Assembly (NCBI RefSeq): GCF_000150275.1
Contig: NW_002060985.1
Span: 89,502-123,068, forward strand
From: Trichoplax adhaerens
Lineage: Eukaryota; Animalia; Placozoa
Direction of reading: 5' to 3'
DNA: 33,567 nt
Part shown: positions 21,895 to 33,567 of the stretch, piece by piece
How the letters are laid out: every line of letters starts with the position of its first letter
How positions within the stretch are numbered: position 1 is the stretch's first letter
Program-made: the position numbers and the translations under genes
Notes under the pieces: generated by a model
Seen by the model: only the letters and a program-made list of their open reading frames with translations
What the model was told of the DNA's origin: nothing
Database searches by the model: none

Positions 21895-22812
21895 TTGACC
21901 TATAAAATATGCTTACTGACTGGAATAACAAGTTCTTAAACGAGCTGATTTATAATCAACGACTAATTACGAGTCGTATGATTAATGATGATGACCTACT
22001 ATATACTGTTCCTCTATTGAAACCTTTGAAGGGACCAAGATACATTGGAAACCATATATCATCACTTCTTTGACTTTAGCAGTACCAATAAATGTTAATG
22101 TTATTAAAACTTTGGTAAGCTCTAAAACTATTGTCAATCTACCGTTCCTGAATTCTAATTTTATTTGCATGATAATAGCTCAAATTCAACATCCAATTAA
22201 TAAGTTAAGAACAGTTTATTGTTATTTCTTTCTTTGCAAGCGGTGCTGTTACATTATTCATTTATTAATGAACTCAAAGTCAATAATGTGATCGCATGAC
22301 AGTCGAATAAATGCGTTTTCTACTTTCCCTTCCTATCTCACTCTTTCCGCCTTTTTGACAGACAAATTTGTTAATTACTTTTTCTTCATCAGCTCCATTA
22401 AACTGTCAGCTTGAGCGTCAAGATTCAAGAACTGTGAAATACTCATTAAACGTTGTATCCAGTCTATCCCAATAAATCAAGCAGGAGTGAACTGGTACGG
22501 ATAGACATTATCATTCAAAACTAATTTAAAAAGTGTTCATCTCAAATTCTCTATATTTCCTTCCGTGTATTTTATTTTTATATGCCACATGTTTATCATA
22601 AGCTTGACGCCTTTAATTCCATTCTTAACTTAACATTACTCGATAATCCCTGTTCCAGTTTTTAACCTGAGCTTGTGATTTATTTTATTTTGATACAGTA
22701 TTAAATTTATAAAATTGAGCGTACTTATTGAAAGATTTTTGTTTTAAAGCCTGCTATTTCTTCACTACGTATCTATAATCATCATAAATCATCTATCCTA
22801 GATAGAATAGCG
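21895..22812 (+). repeat. Paralogue of 17770-18697
   Basis: Direct visual alignment. Confidence 0.92.
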
Positions 22813-23140
22813 CCCTACTTATTTTTATGCCAAAAGTGCACTTAAAACAAGCGTAAAGACATCCAAAAATGGAGCTAATGTGTTAGCGTAAATAAACTAG
22901 ATTGCGAACTCACTATCTGAAACACAGAGATAAAAATTACTTGTTCTTGCTGATATTTTATTTCTTTGGTCTTAAATAGCTTACAGACAATTTACTTTTA
23001 ACGGTTTATAAAGAATCATTAGGAGTTTATACTGTATAGTCCATCAGTTTCAGCGAATAGGATTAGTATCATTTCGTAAAGTTGTAAGCACATGGATAGG
23101 TACCTATATTCTCGTTGACTTACATCATCTCTTTAGGAAA

Positions 23141-23190
23141 NNNNNNNNNNNNNNNNNNNNNNNNNNNNNNNNNNNNNNNNNNNNNNNNNN
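23141..23190. other. Assembly gap (50 N)
   Basis: Run of n. Confidence 1.
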
Positions 23191-24258
23191 TCTAGAGAAT
23201 AAGGCTTGAACTTGGGAGGTGAGTTGACTGCGATTATTTCCAGTTATAAATACATATTTTGTTACTTTGGCAGACGATACAACTGCAATAACCTAATCTA
23301 TATTCTTCTACCCACTATCCTAAAATTCAAATATCATACTCCACTTAATTTTTAGTAGTGTGGGTCTGACACGAAGCAAATGCAGTGATTTCGAATTTAG
23401 AATTACTCACAAATCGATCTTATTTATGACAGATTAGATTGTAAACTTATCATCTTAAACATCACGATTTCTTTACTACGTATCTAAAATCGTCGAAAAT
23501 TATTTATCCTAGACGGAACAGTATTCTGCTTATTTTTATGCCAAAAATTTGCTTGACGGAAGCGTGATGACATCAAAAATTGGAGCTAATGTGTTAGCGT
23601 AATAAATTAGATTGCAAACTCATCGTCTTAAACATAACATATATATAGCAAGTTCTACACTATGATAGGTTGTTCTGTATCCATTTTGAGTACAGTATTA
23701 ATTAACAGGAATAACTGAAAAGTTTTCCAGTAGTCCCTGATGATACATATAGCTGTATAACTTCAATCAGCTGATTTGAGTAGAATAGCGAGCGAGTCGT
23801 GAGTTCAGGGTGTAGTCCACAACAAAAATATGAAGCGGATTAGTGTGAGTAGTCTAAGATTTTCAAGAAAGTGTGCAGTCTAAGATTTTCAAATTGTTTT
23901 ATCGATAATAAGCAGTAGAGAAATATCCCATATGATTCGTTATGAAATTATACTTGTTAGATTATGCTTGGACGCTTAATGTTGTGATCTATTGACATTA
24001 ACTCTTTTGGCTTGCATTTCAAAGTACTATGTAACAATATAATTATCAAGCTAGCGAAAATTCATCGACTTATTAATATCAAACTATCTAGTTAAAAGTT
24101 ACTATTACATTTATAAGTGTTTTACTCAACAAATTAATTATCTTCAGTTTAACTGCATTTCTAGCTTTCATTTGCATGTTGCTTCAAATTCGTATTATTG
24201 ACTTTCTATAGAAGTGGGTGCATAAGAGAACCTGCGTGTCAATTCCTGCTCAATAGAA

Positions 24259-24453
24259 ATGGCAAGCCAACAAACTATAAGCAATTGGCCAAAAGAATTG
24301 GATGATCCTAACAATAGCGATGGTTTGAAATTCAAACAATTTCTGAAGCACTTTATACTCAAATTCATTGTAAAACTGGAAATTGCCTCCAAAATTGTAG
24401 AAAACGAAGAGAGTGCACCACTAGGCAAAACAGGAAAAGGTGTGAAAGTGCTC
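24259..24453 (+). CDS. N-terminus of gene A (or of a paralogue), truncated by the gap
   Basis: gaaATGG start. About 24336-24453 matches window 1-~115 except for single-base indels at the contig ends. Confidence 0.75.
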
Positions 24454-24503
24454 NNNNNNNNNNNNNNNNNNNNNNNNNNNNNNNNNNNNNNNNNNNNNNN
24501 NNN
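24454..24503. other. Assembly gap (50 N)
   Basis: Run of n. Confidence 1.
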
Positions 24504-27165
24504 ACGTATCTAAAATCGTCGCAAATCATTTGTCCTAGACGGAACAGCGTTCTACTTATTTTTATACCAAAAATTTTCTTAAAGGAAGCGTGATGACATG
24601 AAAAATTGGAGCTAATATGTTAGCGTAATAAATTAGATTGTAAACTCATCATCTTAAACATAACATATATATAGCTAGTTCTACACTATGTAGAAACATG
24701 GTTCCTATACGGAACAGCGTTCTTCTATTTTAATGCCAAAAGTGTACTTGAAGGAAGCGTGATGATATCAAAAATTGGAGCTAATGTGTTAGCGTAATAA
24801 ATTAGATTGCAAGCACATCATCTTAAACATAACATATATATATATATAGCTAGTTCTACACTATGATAGGTTGTTCTGTATCCATTTTGAGTACAGTATT
24901 AATTAACAGGAATAACTGAAAAATTTTCCAGTAGTCGCTGATGATACATGTTTATGGAAATATTGATGCTTACGGTGTTGGTATGTTACAGTGGATATTT
25001 AGCTGTATAACTTAAATCAGCTGATTTGAGTAGAATAGCGAGCGAGTCGTGAGTTCAGGATGTAGTCCACAACAAAAATATGAAGCGGATTAGAATTATC
25101 TATTTATCAGTGTACAGTACAGTAACACATGATATTTGTGAGTAGCTAATTAATGGCATCATGGAGTTCAGGAATGATAGAAATGTCCTGCTATTGATTC
25201 TACTCTTACAATTCATATGACATAGTCGCATAAACGTATGCATTACGAACATGGCCCTTACATTCAGTATTTAAATGTTTATCTTCATAGCGTGTTTATT
25301 GGGGTTATTGCGCTTTAAAAGCCTTGTATATTTGTAGAGTATGTCGAAGAGAATCGCTTGCCAAAATTTGTTACTCGTGTAGATAATATTACCGGAGGAA
25401 AACTAGCGTTATAACTGCTAGCAGTGGACGGATTGCATAAAACTATTCCTTGAAGTCGTAATACTGTAGGAAACTGTCAATAAGCAGAGTGCCTTGGGTT
25501 AGAATGTTCATTGTAATGATGGACAAGGAGTGTCTCGGAAATATTTTTCTATTAGTTTGACTACAAATAGATTCGTATAGTCAATACGACATTATTCTAT
25601 TCCATCACCAATTTCAATAAACAGTAAACGTATTCGTACTTGAGAGTAAGATGCGCAGTGAATAATAATTGCTATTTGACTTGGATAATTAAGTTGCTAG
25701 TCGCCATCAGCATAGAATAACCCGGCTGGAAGTTCATCAATGGTGTTATTCATCGCTTAATAAGTAAGAATTTAATCTTATAGCTAAAACTGTTAGTCAA
25801 TAGAGAGAAAATATATAGGGTATTGGGCGTTGTGTGTCAATAAGTTAAAATGGTACAGTGCTGGATCATTCAGCTCTATTCGTGACAGTTATTTTAAATT
25901 GTTTTTAATTCAATCACATTAACGCTATCATACTCTGTAACTAAGTATTATTTATATGGGTGCACTGTATTAGTGTAACATGTGTATAGGACTGTACCAC
26001 AAATTATAGCTCTGTTTGTTTGAATTGTAGTATTGCTTGATATTAAGTGTTCAAAGCAGCGATGCTGCTTTTGATTTATCAAGAAATTAACAAATAACAG
26101 CTATGGCCAAAGGCAACAAAAGTAAATTCTTTCATCACAGAATAGATTATTATGACTTTTTAAGACATGTATTGGAAACTCCCATGCAAAAAGTAAATTA
26201 CCAATGATCATAAGTATTATTAACAAATGAACTTTCTAAGAATAAAATCACGAACAACACAAGCTTGAACATCAAGAAGTCAATGCGGCGGTGTATGCTA
26301 AAGTGCTACAATTTCTCATCAAACTCTGCTCAGAAATCATCAAGCACTAACAAGCCGGGCGTTATGATTCATAAAGTTAATGCAGTTGTTCATATATGTG
26401 TAGTCCATGAAGTAACTCGTGTAGCAGTAAAGAATATGAACTTTAATGGATCTTATTGAACCCACACCGATCAAACCAACCATAGAGTTATAAAAATGTT
26501 ATTTGCTATACTTGGCGTACAGTTTTGTCTATCCGTTTGATTTCATGCTATAGAATTTTATGTGCCTACTAATGACGAAAACTCAATCAGCCAATGAAAA
26601 TTCTTTACTTTTATATCTTAGCGTGACAATTATACGAGTAAATTATAATTATGTCAGTAGTACTACATCAGTAGGGATACTAATGATGATATAAAAATTC
26701 AAGCATATCACTCTATTAGGTCTTTGTGTACAGTCTTGTCTATCCGTTTGATTTGATATTATAGAATTTTGTTTGCATAGTAATGACGAAAATTCAATTA
26801 ACCAATTAAAATTCTTCACTATTATATGAGCTTGGCAACCTATGAATTGATTATTCAATCAGTACCAGGTCAATAGGTACCGTATATTAATGATGATATA
26901 ACGGACGAGAAGATAGAGCGAATTTTCGCTTTTCACTCTTTCAAACTCATCCGCCTTTAAGGCAAAGATTCTTGCCTCAATATCATTTTTTGTATTCCAT
27001 TTCACAATTTTCTTGCTAGTTTAAACATGAAGAATTATAATAGTTCAAACAAATCTCTGTATTAGGTCGATCGATTGACCTGTTAAGAATCAACACGTAC
27101 TTCTATGCAATATTACCCAGGAAAATAACTTTTTATGGGTAGTAGTGATGCACCCCATATTTAAT

Positions 27166-27687
27166 TATAAGGATAGCTATATTTGATATAGTTAGGTTAC
27201 TAAGAATAGATATTGTCGTGAAACTAATATTAGATGATTGATAACTACAATATTAGAAATTGTTGATGACTAATTATGGTACAAGATTTACGTGACTGGA
27301 AACACGGTAATTGTGAAGATGCCCAACACCGAAAGGTGCTTGACATTAATAGAAGAGTAGTGATATCTTGAGTAGAGTAGAATGATTTAGATTATAGAAG
27401 ATAGTAATGTTCTATATGAGATAAAGTATTCTGTTTGATGCTCAAGTCTGATTGTAGATGAATTAAGTCGTCATAAGTGGATTAAGCGAATTCTATTTAA
27501 GAACTGCAGTGATGAGCTCAGAAAGAGAAGAGACTTCACTTCGCTTTGAGCTGGGGATACCTTAGATTTTAGAGTAGATTCTTGTAGTAATCCATTATCG
27601 CTGTACTATTTCTAAAACCTTTGTAATAAAAGCCTTTCGAAAAAAAACATTTAACTAAGACAGTTATTTTGAGGCACTATTATTACA
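27166..27687 (+). mobile_element. Candidate degenerate LTR at a duplication breakpoint
   Basis: Begins where similarity to 21432 stops (TATAAG, one change from TGTAAG). TATTTAAG at ~27494, AATAAA at ~27625, ends TATTATTACA like the 20625 LTR. No TSD. Confidence 0.3.
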
Positions 27688-28363
27688 GCGTGCATACTGA
27701 TCGATGACTGTCCATACTCCCGTCATTTTTTATATGCTCTGTCAGTCTATGTTAGACTTTTATAAGATAGCCATCCATCCATTAATTATTCATACCCTTC
27801 TTGTCGTAAACTGAATTTTCCAGCTAATTGTAATGTCATTGCATTGAATCTGTTGGAGCCTTCAGTTTTTGTACAATATCTCTTGCGATAGAGTAAATCT
27901 TGTCTGATTTTAGCAGTGCCAATAAATGTTATTAAAACTTAACGCTCCAAAACGATTGTTTAAGCTTAACGTAACTGTAGTGTATTTAGTTTCGCTGTAG
28001 TTCTTAGATATGTTCGTAAATATATATATGTTCGTTAATTCGTATCCGGTAAATAAGCTGCTCCCATTTTATCTTTAATTTGATCTTGGATATTTCCATA
28101 TAAGATTAGTGATTCATTAGTTCATCTTTTGCCCTGACCTTTGCCTATTTGATAGTTTTTACAAAATCAAGCATACAAAACGTAGCCAAAAATCTGAACT
28201 TTGATCTCATTACAAACTAGGATCGTCTTAGCTAGGATTAAACCTTTTCTGCCTTTACCCGTTCTTTTGCAGCGCTGTACTTTGTTTTAAAGTAATATTG
28301 ATCTAATGTCACATTTCTTCTCAAATAATTTTTCAAGCTGAGTTGACAAAAGTATTTCATACA

Positions 28364-28676
28364 ATGGTTTTGAGCAAATACATCACTGATGTCATCGATA
28401 AGGAATATCAATAGATCTTGAGTGATGTCCCTTTGGTGGATATTGTACACGATTTACAAAGTATTGGGTTAATATCTGATGACGAAGTTGAAAAACTTAT
28501 AGATGGTCGCCTGAGTAATAAAGAGAGAATCTTTCAATTTATTAAAATACTAAAATCAGGAAGCAATGACAACTATTTTCAGTTTTGCCGCATACTAAAG
28601 GATAGCCAAGTTACAAATATTCAAAATCTTGGTAGAAAATTAGAGATAGAAGCTAACGCCTCGAGGAACGAACCCG
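28364..28676 (+). pseudogene. CARD-Roc-COR copy 2, CARD exon with premature stop
   Basis: ATG at 28364. Codon 17 is TAG (28412-28414) where copy 1 has CAG; the rest is open to donor G|GTAACA at 28677. Confidence 0.8.
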
Positions 28677-29129
28677 GTAACAAAACTTGTTTTTAACAAA
28701 TATTGTTGATTAATGTATAATTCTTTTCGTTTATTATATTACAAAATAAAGTTTGTAATATATTTTTTCACCGTCATTAATTATTAGCGATGAGAATATT
28801 ACATAATGTTCTCCTTATTCGCATTAAATGAAAGATCAATAATCCTAGTTATAAAATATTATTAAACTGTTACCATTGGAATCATTATTTTATCAAGTAG
28901 TTAAATAGCCATAGATAAGGTTGTACAGTTGTTAGGATTGGCGATAGCCTTAATTCGTACCGTTATCTTATGTCTTTAGATTTAAACTGAGATAATTTTA
29001 AATGCCTTGTAATGTAGATTTACAGATTGGATTATTTCGTAGAATACTATAGATGAAGTTAATTGAAAATGAAGCATGATAATTTTATTCGTTCTTTATT
29101 CAAAATTTAATATTCATATTTATCCTAAG

Positions 29130-31238
29130 AAAAAGAATACAAGGAAGCCTATGTTAAAGCTAGAAGATACGTATCCTGTCGTAATCACTTTATTAGGATC
29201 ATGGATACTGGTCCGCAAAAAGTTGGTAAATCATGTCTTATTCAAGCTATTATACGACAAGGCTTCATTCATGCAGTTGGAGCAACAACAGCAGCAGTAA
29301 TCAAAAAAGAACTTGTCAAATTGATCACTTATAACATGAATAATAAATCAGTTGATGATTTTAAAGCAGTTCTAGCTAGAAAAATCATTACAGCGATCGA
29401 AACTGTTAAACGCCAAATACGAGAAGAAGAATCACATTCTGATTCCAGCTCGAATATTATTGAATCCTCGACACCATCGCCACTAATTCAATTAGATAGT
29501 ACTGCTTCTGTAAGCAATCTCGTCGAGACCAGTCCTCAGACTACACAGGCTGATGAAGACATGATTCCACTAGATTTTCTTGAGAATTACTTTCGAGGAA
29601 GCTCTGAATCAGATAGAGCTTCAGTAATAGATCACAGCTATTACGGTAAACTATGGGACGTTGCTGGTCATTCCATTTATCACAAAACTTATCAGCCATT
29701 CCTATCGCACAATTGTATTTATCTTCTCGTCCTAGATATGTCTCAAGATATGAACAATCATGTCGTTAATCAAGAAGGCGAGAACACCGAAATGACATAC
29801 TTGGAAGCCGTACAAGAATGGCTTGCTTCAATTATCGGTAGTAGTAAAAGTATTGCTAGGACAAAGGCCAAAATTAATGGTGTTTTAGAAGATATCGTAT
29901 GGCCTATAGTTATTTTAGTCGGGACACACGCTGATAATTTAGGTGATGAAAAGGCCTGTCAAGAAAGATTTGAGATATTTGAAAATACTATTCTTCAAGA
30001 ATTTCCTTCTTATATTGATCACATATATGGATCCGAAATTATATTTAACTGTAATCACAAGGATAACAGTGAAAAAACGCGATTGCAGCGTCAAAAAAAT
30101 TGCGGAAAATTACATAATATTCTAAGAGACTTTGTTAATCATCACCCCTTCATTGCTCGTTTCTCTGAAATTCCGCTTAAATGGTATATTATGGCAGCTA
30201 TATTGCATACATCTCCTGATCGATTGAATGAAGAAGCGGCAAAGTTTCCTACAAAGTTAAATCAGAGTATTAGCAGAATTATGACAGCTGAAGAAATCGA
30301 GCTATTAGCCAAAGAGTACAAATTATTCGACGGCACTGAAGATGTTCATCAAATGTTACTCTATCTTCATGATCTAGGAGAAATCGTTTATTGCCAAAAA
30401 GAACCTGTCAAAGGAAAAGTTGTTACTCAAGTTGAATGGCTATTAGATGTATTTCGTTCAATTATTCAGTTAGATAAATCTGATAGTAAAGGACAAGCAA
30501 AAAATGAAGAATATGAAGTAGCTCGAGATACAGGAATCATATCGCAACACTATATTAATGACAAATTCGATAAGCTCAAAGTAGAAGAAAAGGAAAGAAA
30601 ATTTTTATTAGATTTAATGGAATCTTATGACATTATTTGCAAGGTCAGGAAAGAAGATGATGGTCGTCCTGATCAGTATTCCGTGCCCTATTTACTTCGT
30701 TCAAATAGCCAAGAATTTGATTGCAAGGGATTTAAAGTATCAGGAATGCTTTACGTTGGATTTAAGCCGTCACAAATGCCTTATATTCCTGATGGAATTT
30801 TTTTTCGTTTACTTGTATCTTGCTGTAAAGAATGGAAAGAGTCAGAGATTGAGCTACGTTACAAGTGTGCAAAATATCGGCTGAAAGAAGATTGTTACGA
30901 TCTTGTAGTTAAAAAAGAGAGTTCCTATATTGGTATCCAATATCGCTATCGAATGAAACCAAATAATCCACAATTACAGCAAGAAATAGAAGCAAAGGTG
31001 AAAAAATCCATAAATGAGAAAAAGCCATATAAATTTCTTCGGAATAAACTAGCATCCCTGATTAAAGAAAGGATGCCAAGAATCGAAAAATCAGATTGTT
31101 CATACTTTATAAAATGTCCTAGCTGTAATCGCTTTAATCCTGTATCTGATCCTCTCGATGGCAGCTCCAACGTGATATTTTGCGATTGCAGCGATGTTTA
31201 TGAATGCGTGTCTATCCATAAGTGGGTTATGTCATCCG
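29130..31238 (+). CDS. CARD-Roc-COR copy 2, intact Roc GTPase + COR exon
   Basis: Acceptor at 29129. GPQKVGKS, WDVAGH, VGTHAD, IPLKW, LLYLHDLGEIVY, VEWLLDVFRSII, PDGIFFRLL, CPSC...CDC. Donor G|GTAAGC at 31239. Confidence 0.9.
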
Positions 31239-31335
31239 GTAAGCTAATTAGTGATAAACTCGCGTCCTTGCTGGATTAATTTTGATAAACATTAGTTAAT
31301 TCGCAATTCTGGGATTTTGATTTATATTCTTGTAG

Positions 31336-31394
31336 TACTTGACGTAAATGAGCTATTAGATTTACGGAACCAATTTTGCTTTCGTATTTACTAG
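31336..31394 (+). CDS. Candidate third exon of Roco copy 2 (VLDVNELLDLRNQFCFRIY; TAG overlaps a GTAAGA donor)
   Basis: 97-nt intron, acceptor TATTCTTGTAG at 31335, open phase-1 frame. Confidence 0.5.
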
Positions 31395-33110
31395 TAAGAT
31401 ATTTTAACTGTATAACGATGACGCCTAATGAAAATGAGTAATATTAATGTTATCTGTTACTGTGGTAGTAAACACGGAAAACTGATGTAAAATACTATCT
31501 AGTTAGTTGATCAATCCAAGGGTTTCCTTGGTTATTACAAAGTTATAATTTTAACATAGTACATAAATTTTTTAAAATATTTAAAAATATTTAAGCGATT
31601 GATTAGTAATAAATTCGAGATTATAGTTAATGAAAGAATGCTGCAAGAACATCTACCTTATAATACATAAATCTAAAGCGTATTCAGTTACATTTTCACT
31701 TATTAAGCGTATGCGTATTTCCTGAATAGATTAATATGGGCTTATTCGTTTTGATTCACCATCAGTGTTACGAATATTTTATTTTGTTTGAATGAGCGAT
31801 AGTTCCTAAATTTTAAGATAACCCTGTCTTATTCACATCAAGAATCACTTTACAAGTTAGTTAGATGTTCAAATACTCTTGCTATTAGATTAAGGACATT
31901 GTTTATAGAGTTTTATTAATCGTGTTTATCTTGTACCAGTGTAGAATTTGCCAGTAGTTTTATCATTAAGTTCATAAACATGTACTATGAGTTGCATTTA
32001 TAATGCGAAAATAATCGTTGTAGCTCAACTCTAAAGACGAAAGGCAACTTTGACATGTCCTTTGCTAATTTATTCAATCTTCCATTATATATAATTTATT
32101 CCATAATTACATATCCGTCTTCGAAAGCTTTTAAAATTTAAAATAGTTTGACATTAATTGTATTACTTATAATAATCACAAGTATCACAATTCTGGTTGC
32201 TTTTATGACTAGAAAATCGTATATCTTCTATATCTTCTACCGAACCCGTAAAATCGACATTATCTGACAATATACCACACCGATGCAGACAGCGCCTATG
32301 AATACAGGCATAATAGCTAATCAAACTATAATATAAGCTACTTTATCATAAATTATATATTATCTTACATTGTATTAGTTCTACGCGTAACTACAATATA
32401 AAGATTAAAAGGTTAATGATTGTATATAATACTATACATAATTATATACGAGTAATACACGAAGATTTTTAATTTATAATTTCTATTTACGTATCTATAT
32501 CGATAGGTAAGAATGTTAAAGTTTTTGATATACGGATATTGCTATAATTTAACAGTACCGTAAATATTTGTCGATGCTTAAATTTAAAAGAGATGATGTA
32601 TGTAGGCAGACTGCATTCAAACTGAGGTAGATTACTATCCAATGAATTGATCAATCCGATAGTTTCCTTATTTATTACACGGCTGTAATTTTAACATAGA
32701 ATATCGATTTTATTAAAAACTTGAAATTACTTCAATGATTAATTTAACAATGAGAGATTGCAGTTAATATCTGAAAGAATGAAGTAACAACTTCTGCCTT
32801 CCAACACATAGGACAAAGATATACCTAGATATTTTTGTACTTGTTTAACGCACGTAAATAAATTAGTTAGTCTGTTATTTCTAAGATCTGCTGTTGTCTT
32901 CGTAAGATATTTTACCTGTATACGATAACGTCGACTGATAGCGAATAATATTAATCGTATCTGTTACTGTGTTAGTCTAAATACGTAAAACTGATATAAA
33001 ATACTATCCAATTAATTGATCGACCCGAGGGTTTCCTTGTTTAATATAGAGTTGTAATTTTAACATAGTATGTCAATTTTGTACAACATTTAAAATTCTT
33101 GAAATGATTT
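31394..33110 (+). repeat. Three diverged ~200-bp non-coding units (~31394, ~32560-32760, ~32902)
   Basis: Shared ACTGA...TACTATC...TTGATC.A.CC...GTTTCCTT...TAATTTTAACATAG. Units 1 and 3 start GTAAGATATTTTA.CTGTATA. Confidence 0.8.
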
Positions 33111-33173
33111 ACTGCTAATATTAGCAGTCTTGCATCTGTCCAACACATTCTCACCTCTTGTTTTGATCAACAG

Positions 33174-33239
33174 AAGAAGAAAGCGAACACTCAAGTCAAT
33201 TTGGAAAAGCAGAAGATAATAGCAGACAACAGTGCCAAG
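33174..33239 (+). CDS. 66-nt symmetric exon, probably a downstream exon of Roco copy 2
   Basis: Pyrimidine tract TTCTCACCTCTTGTTTTGATCAACAG, consensus donor AAG|GTAAGT. Open in phase 1 (EEESEHSSQFGKAEDNSRQQCQ) and in phase 0. Confidence 0.6.
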
Positions 33240-33567
33240 GTAAGTCTATATACAGCATTGAATCAGTTGAGTAATTGGATAATATTGCACACTGACTTAC
33301 TGGCTCAAGTTCGCAAATGTATCCGAATTCAATAAACGATCATTCCGTTTCAACAATGATATTCAATCATAAAGAAAAAGTATAATCTGTTCGAGTAGAC
33401 TAGTCGGTAAAGCCAATACTATATTGCTAAATTGAAGGGGCAAGTTGATAATAAAATTGAGCGGCGATCGATTGTAATTACTGTTTTTTACTTTAGAAAA
33501 AAAGTTTTGAAGTAACTTTGTCGAAATAAGACATCATCTTGAATCAATTTATTCATACCAGAGTTAC

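Larger units (their letters stand above)
22765..24870 (+). repeat. Four copies of a ~160-190-bp non-coding unit (~22765, ~23477, ~24504, ~24710); 23477-23843 is paralleled by 24504-25093
   Basis: Recurring AAAAATTGGAGCTAATGTGTTAGCGTAATAAATTAGATTG core. Confidence 0.88.

Noticed and set aside
21982-22291. ORFs 21982 (-) and 22070 (+), and similar small ORFs at 16406, 17590, 26265, 26649
   Set aside because: They lie in duplicated blocks whose paralogues carry frame-breaking indels or stops.
22765-24870. Repeated ~190-bp unit as a CRISPR array or RNA gene
   Set aside because: Eukaryotic context, long diverged units, no repeat-spacer periodicity and no tRNA/rRNA features.

Overview
AT-rich eukaryotic (animal) genomic DNA with GT-AG introns and two 50-N assembly gaps. 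The gene content (signal-peptide/C-terminal-TM UGT, transcobalamin-family fragment, CARD-Roc-COR genes) and short introns suggest a compact non-bilaterian metazoan genome such as a placozoan; this is inference. The window is a mosaic of recent segmental duplications and decaying genes. Its main feature is a pair of ~3.55 kb paralogous CARD-Roc-COR (Roco GTPase) loci (4172-7709, 27825-31394). Their intron differs by only ~2%, whereas the CARD exon differs by ~9% with 27 of 28 substitutions non-synonymous or nonsense, as expected for immune-type diversifying selection. Also present: a two-exon uncharacterised gene with a Gly/Ala/Thr-rich helical segment, a UGT pseudogene, a cobalamin-binding protein pseudogene fragment, a 358-bp solo LTR with a 5-bp TSD and a paralogous empty site, and a Tc1/mariner-type excision footprint. 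No rRNA, tRNA or CRISPR array was seen. All counts were made by eye.
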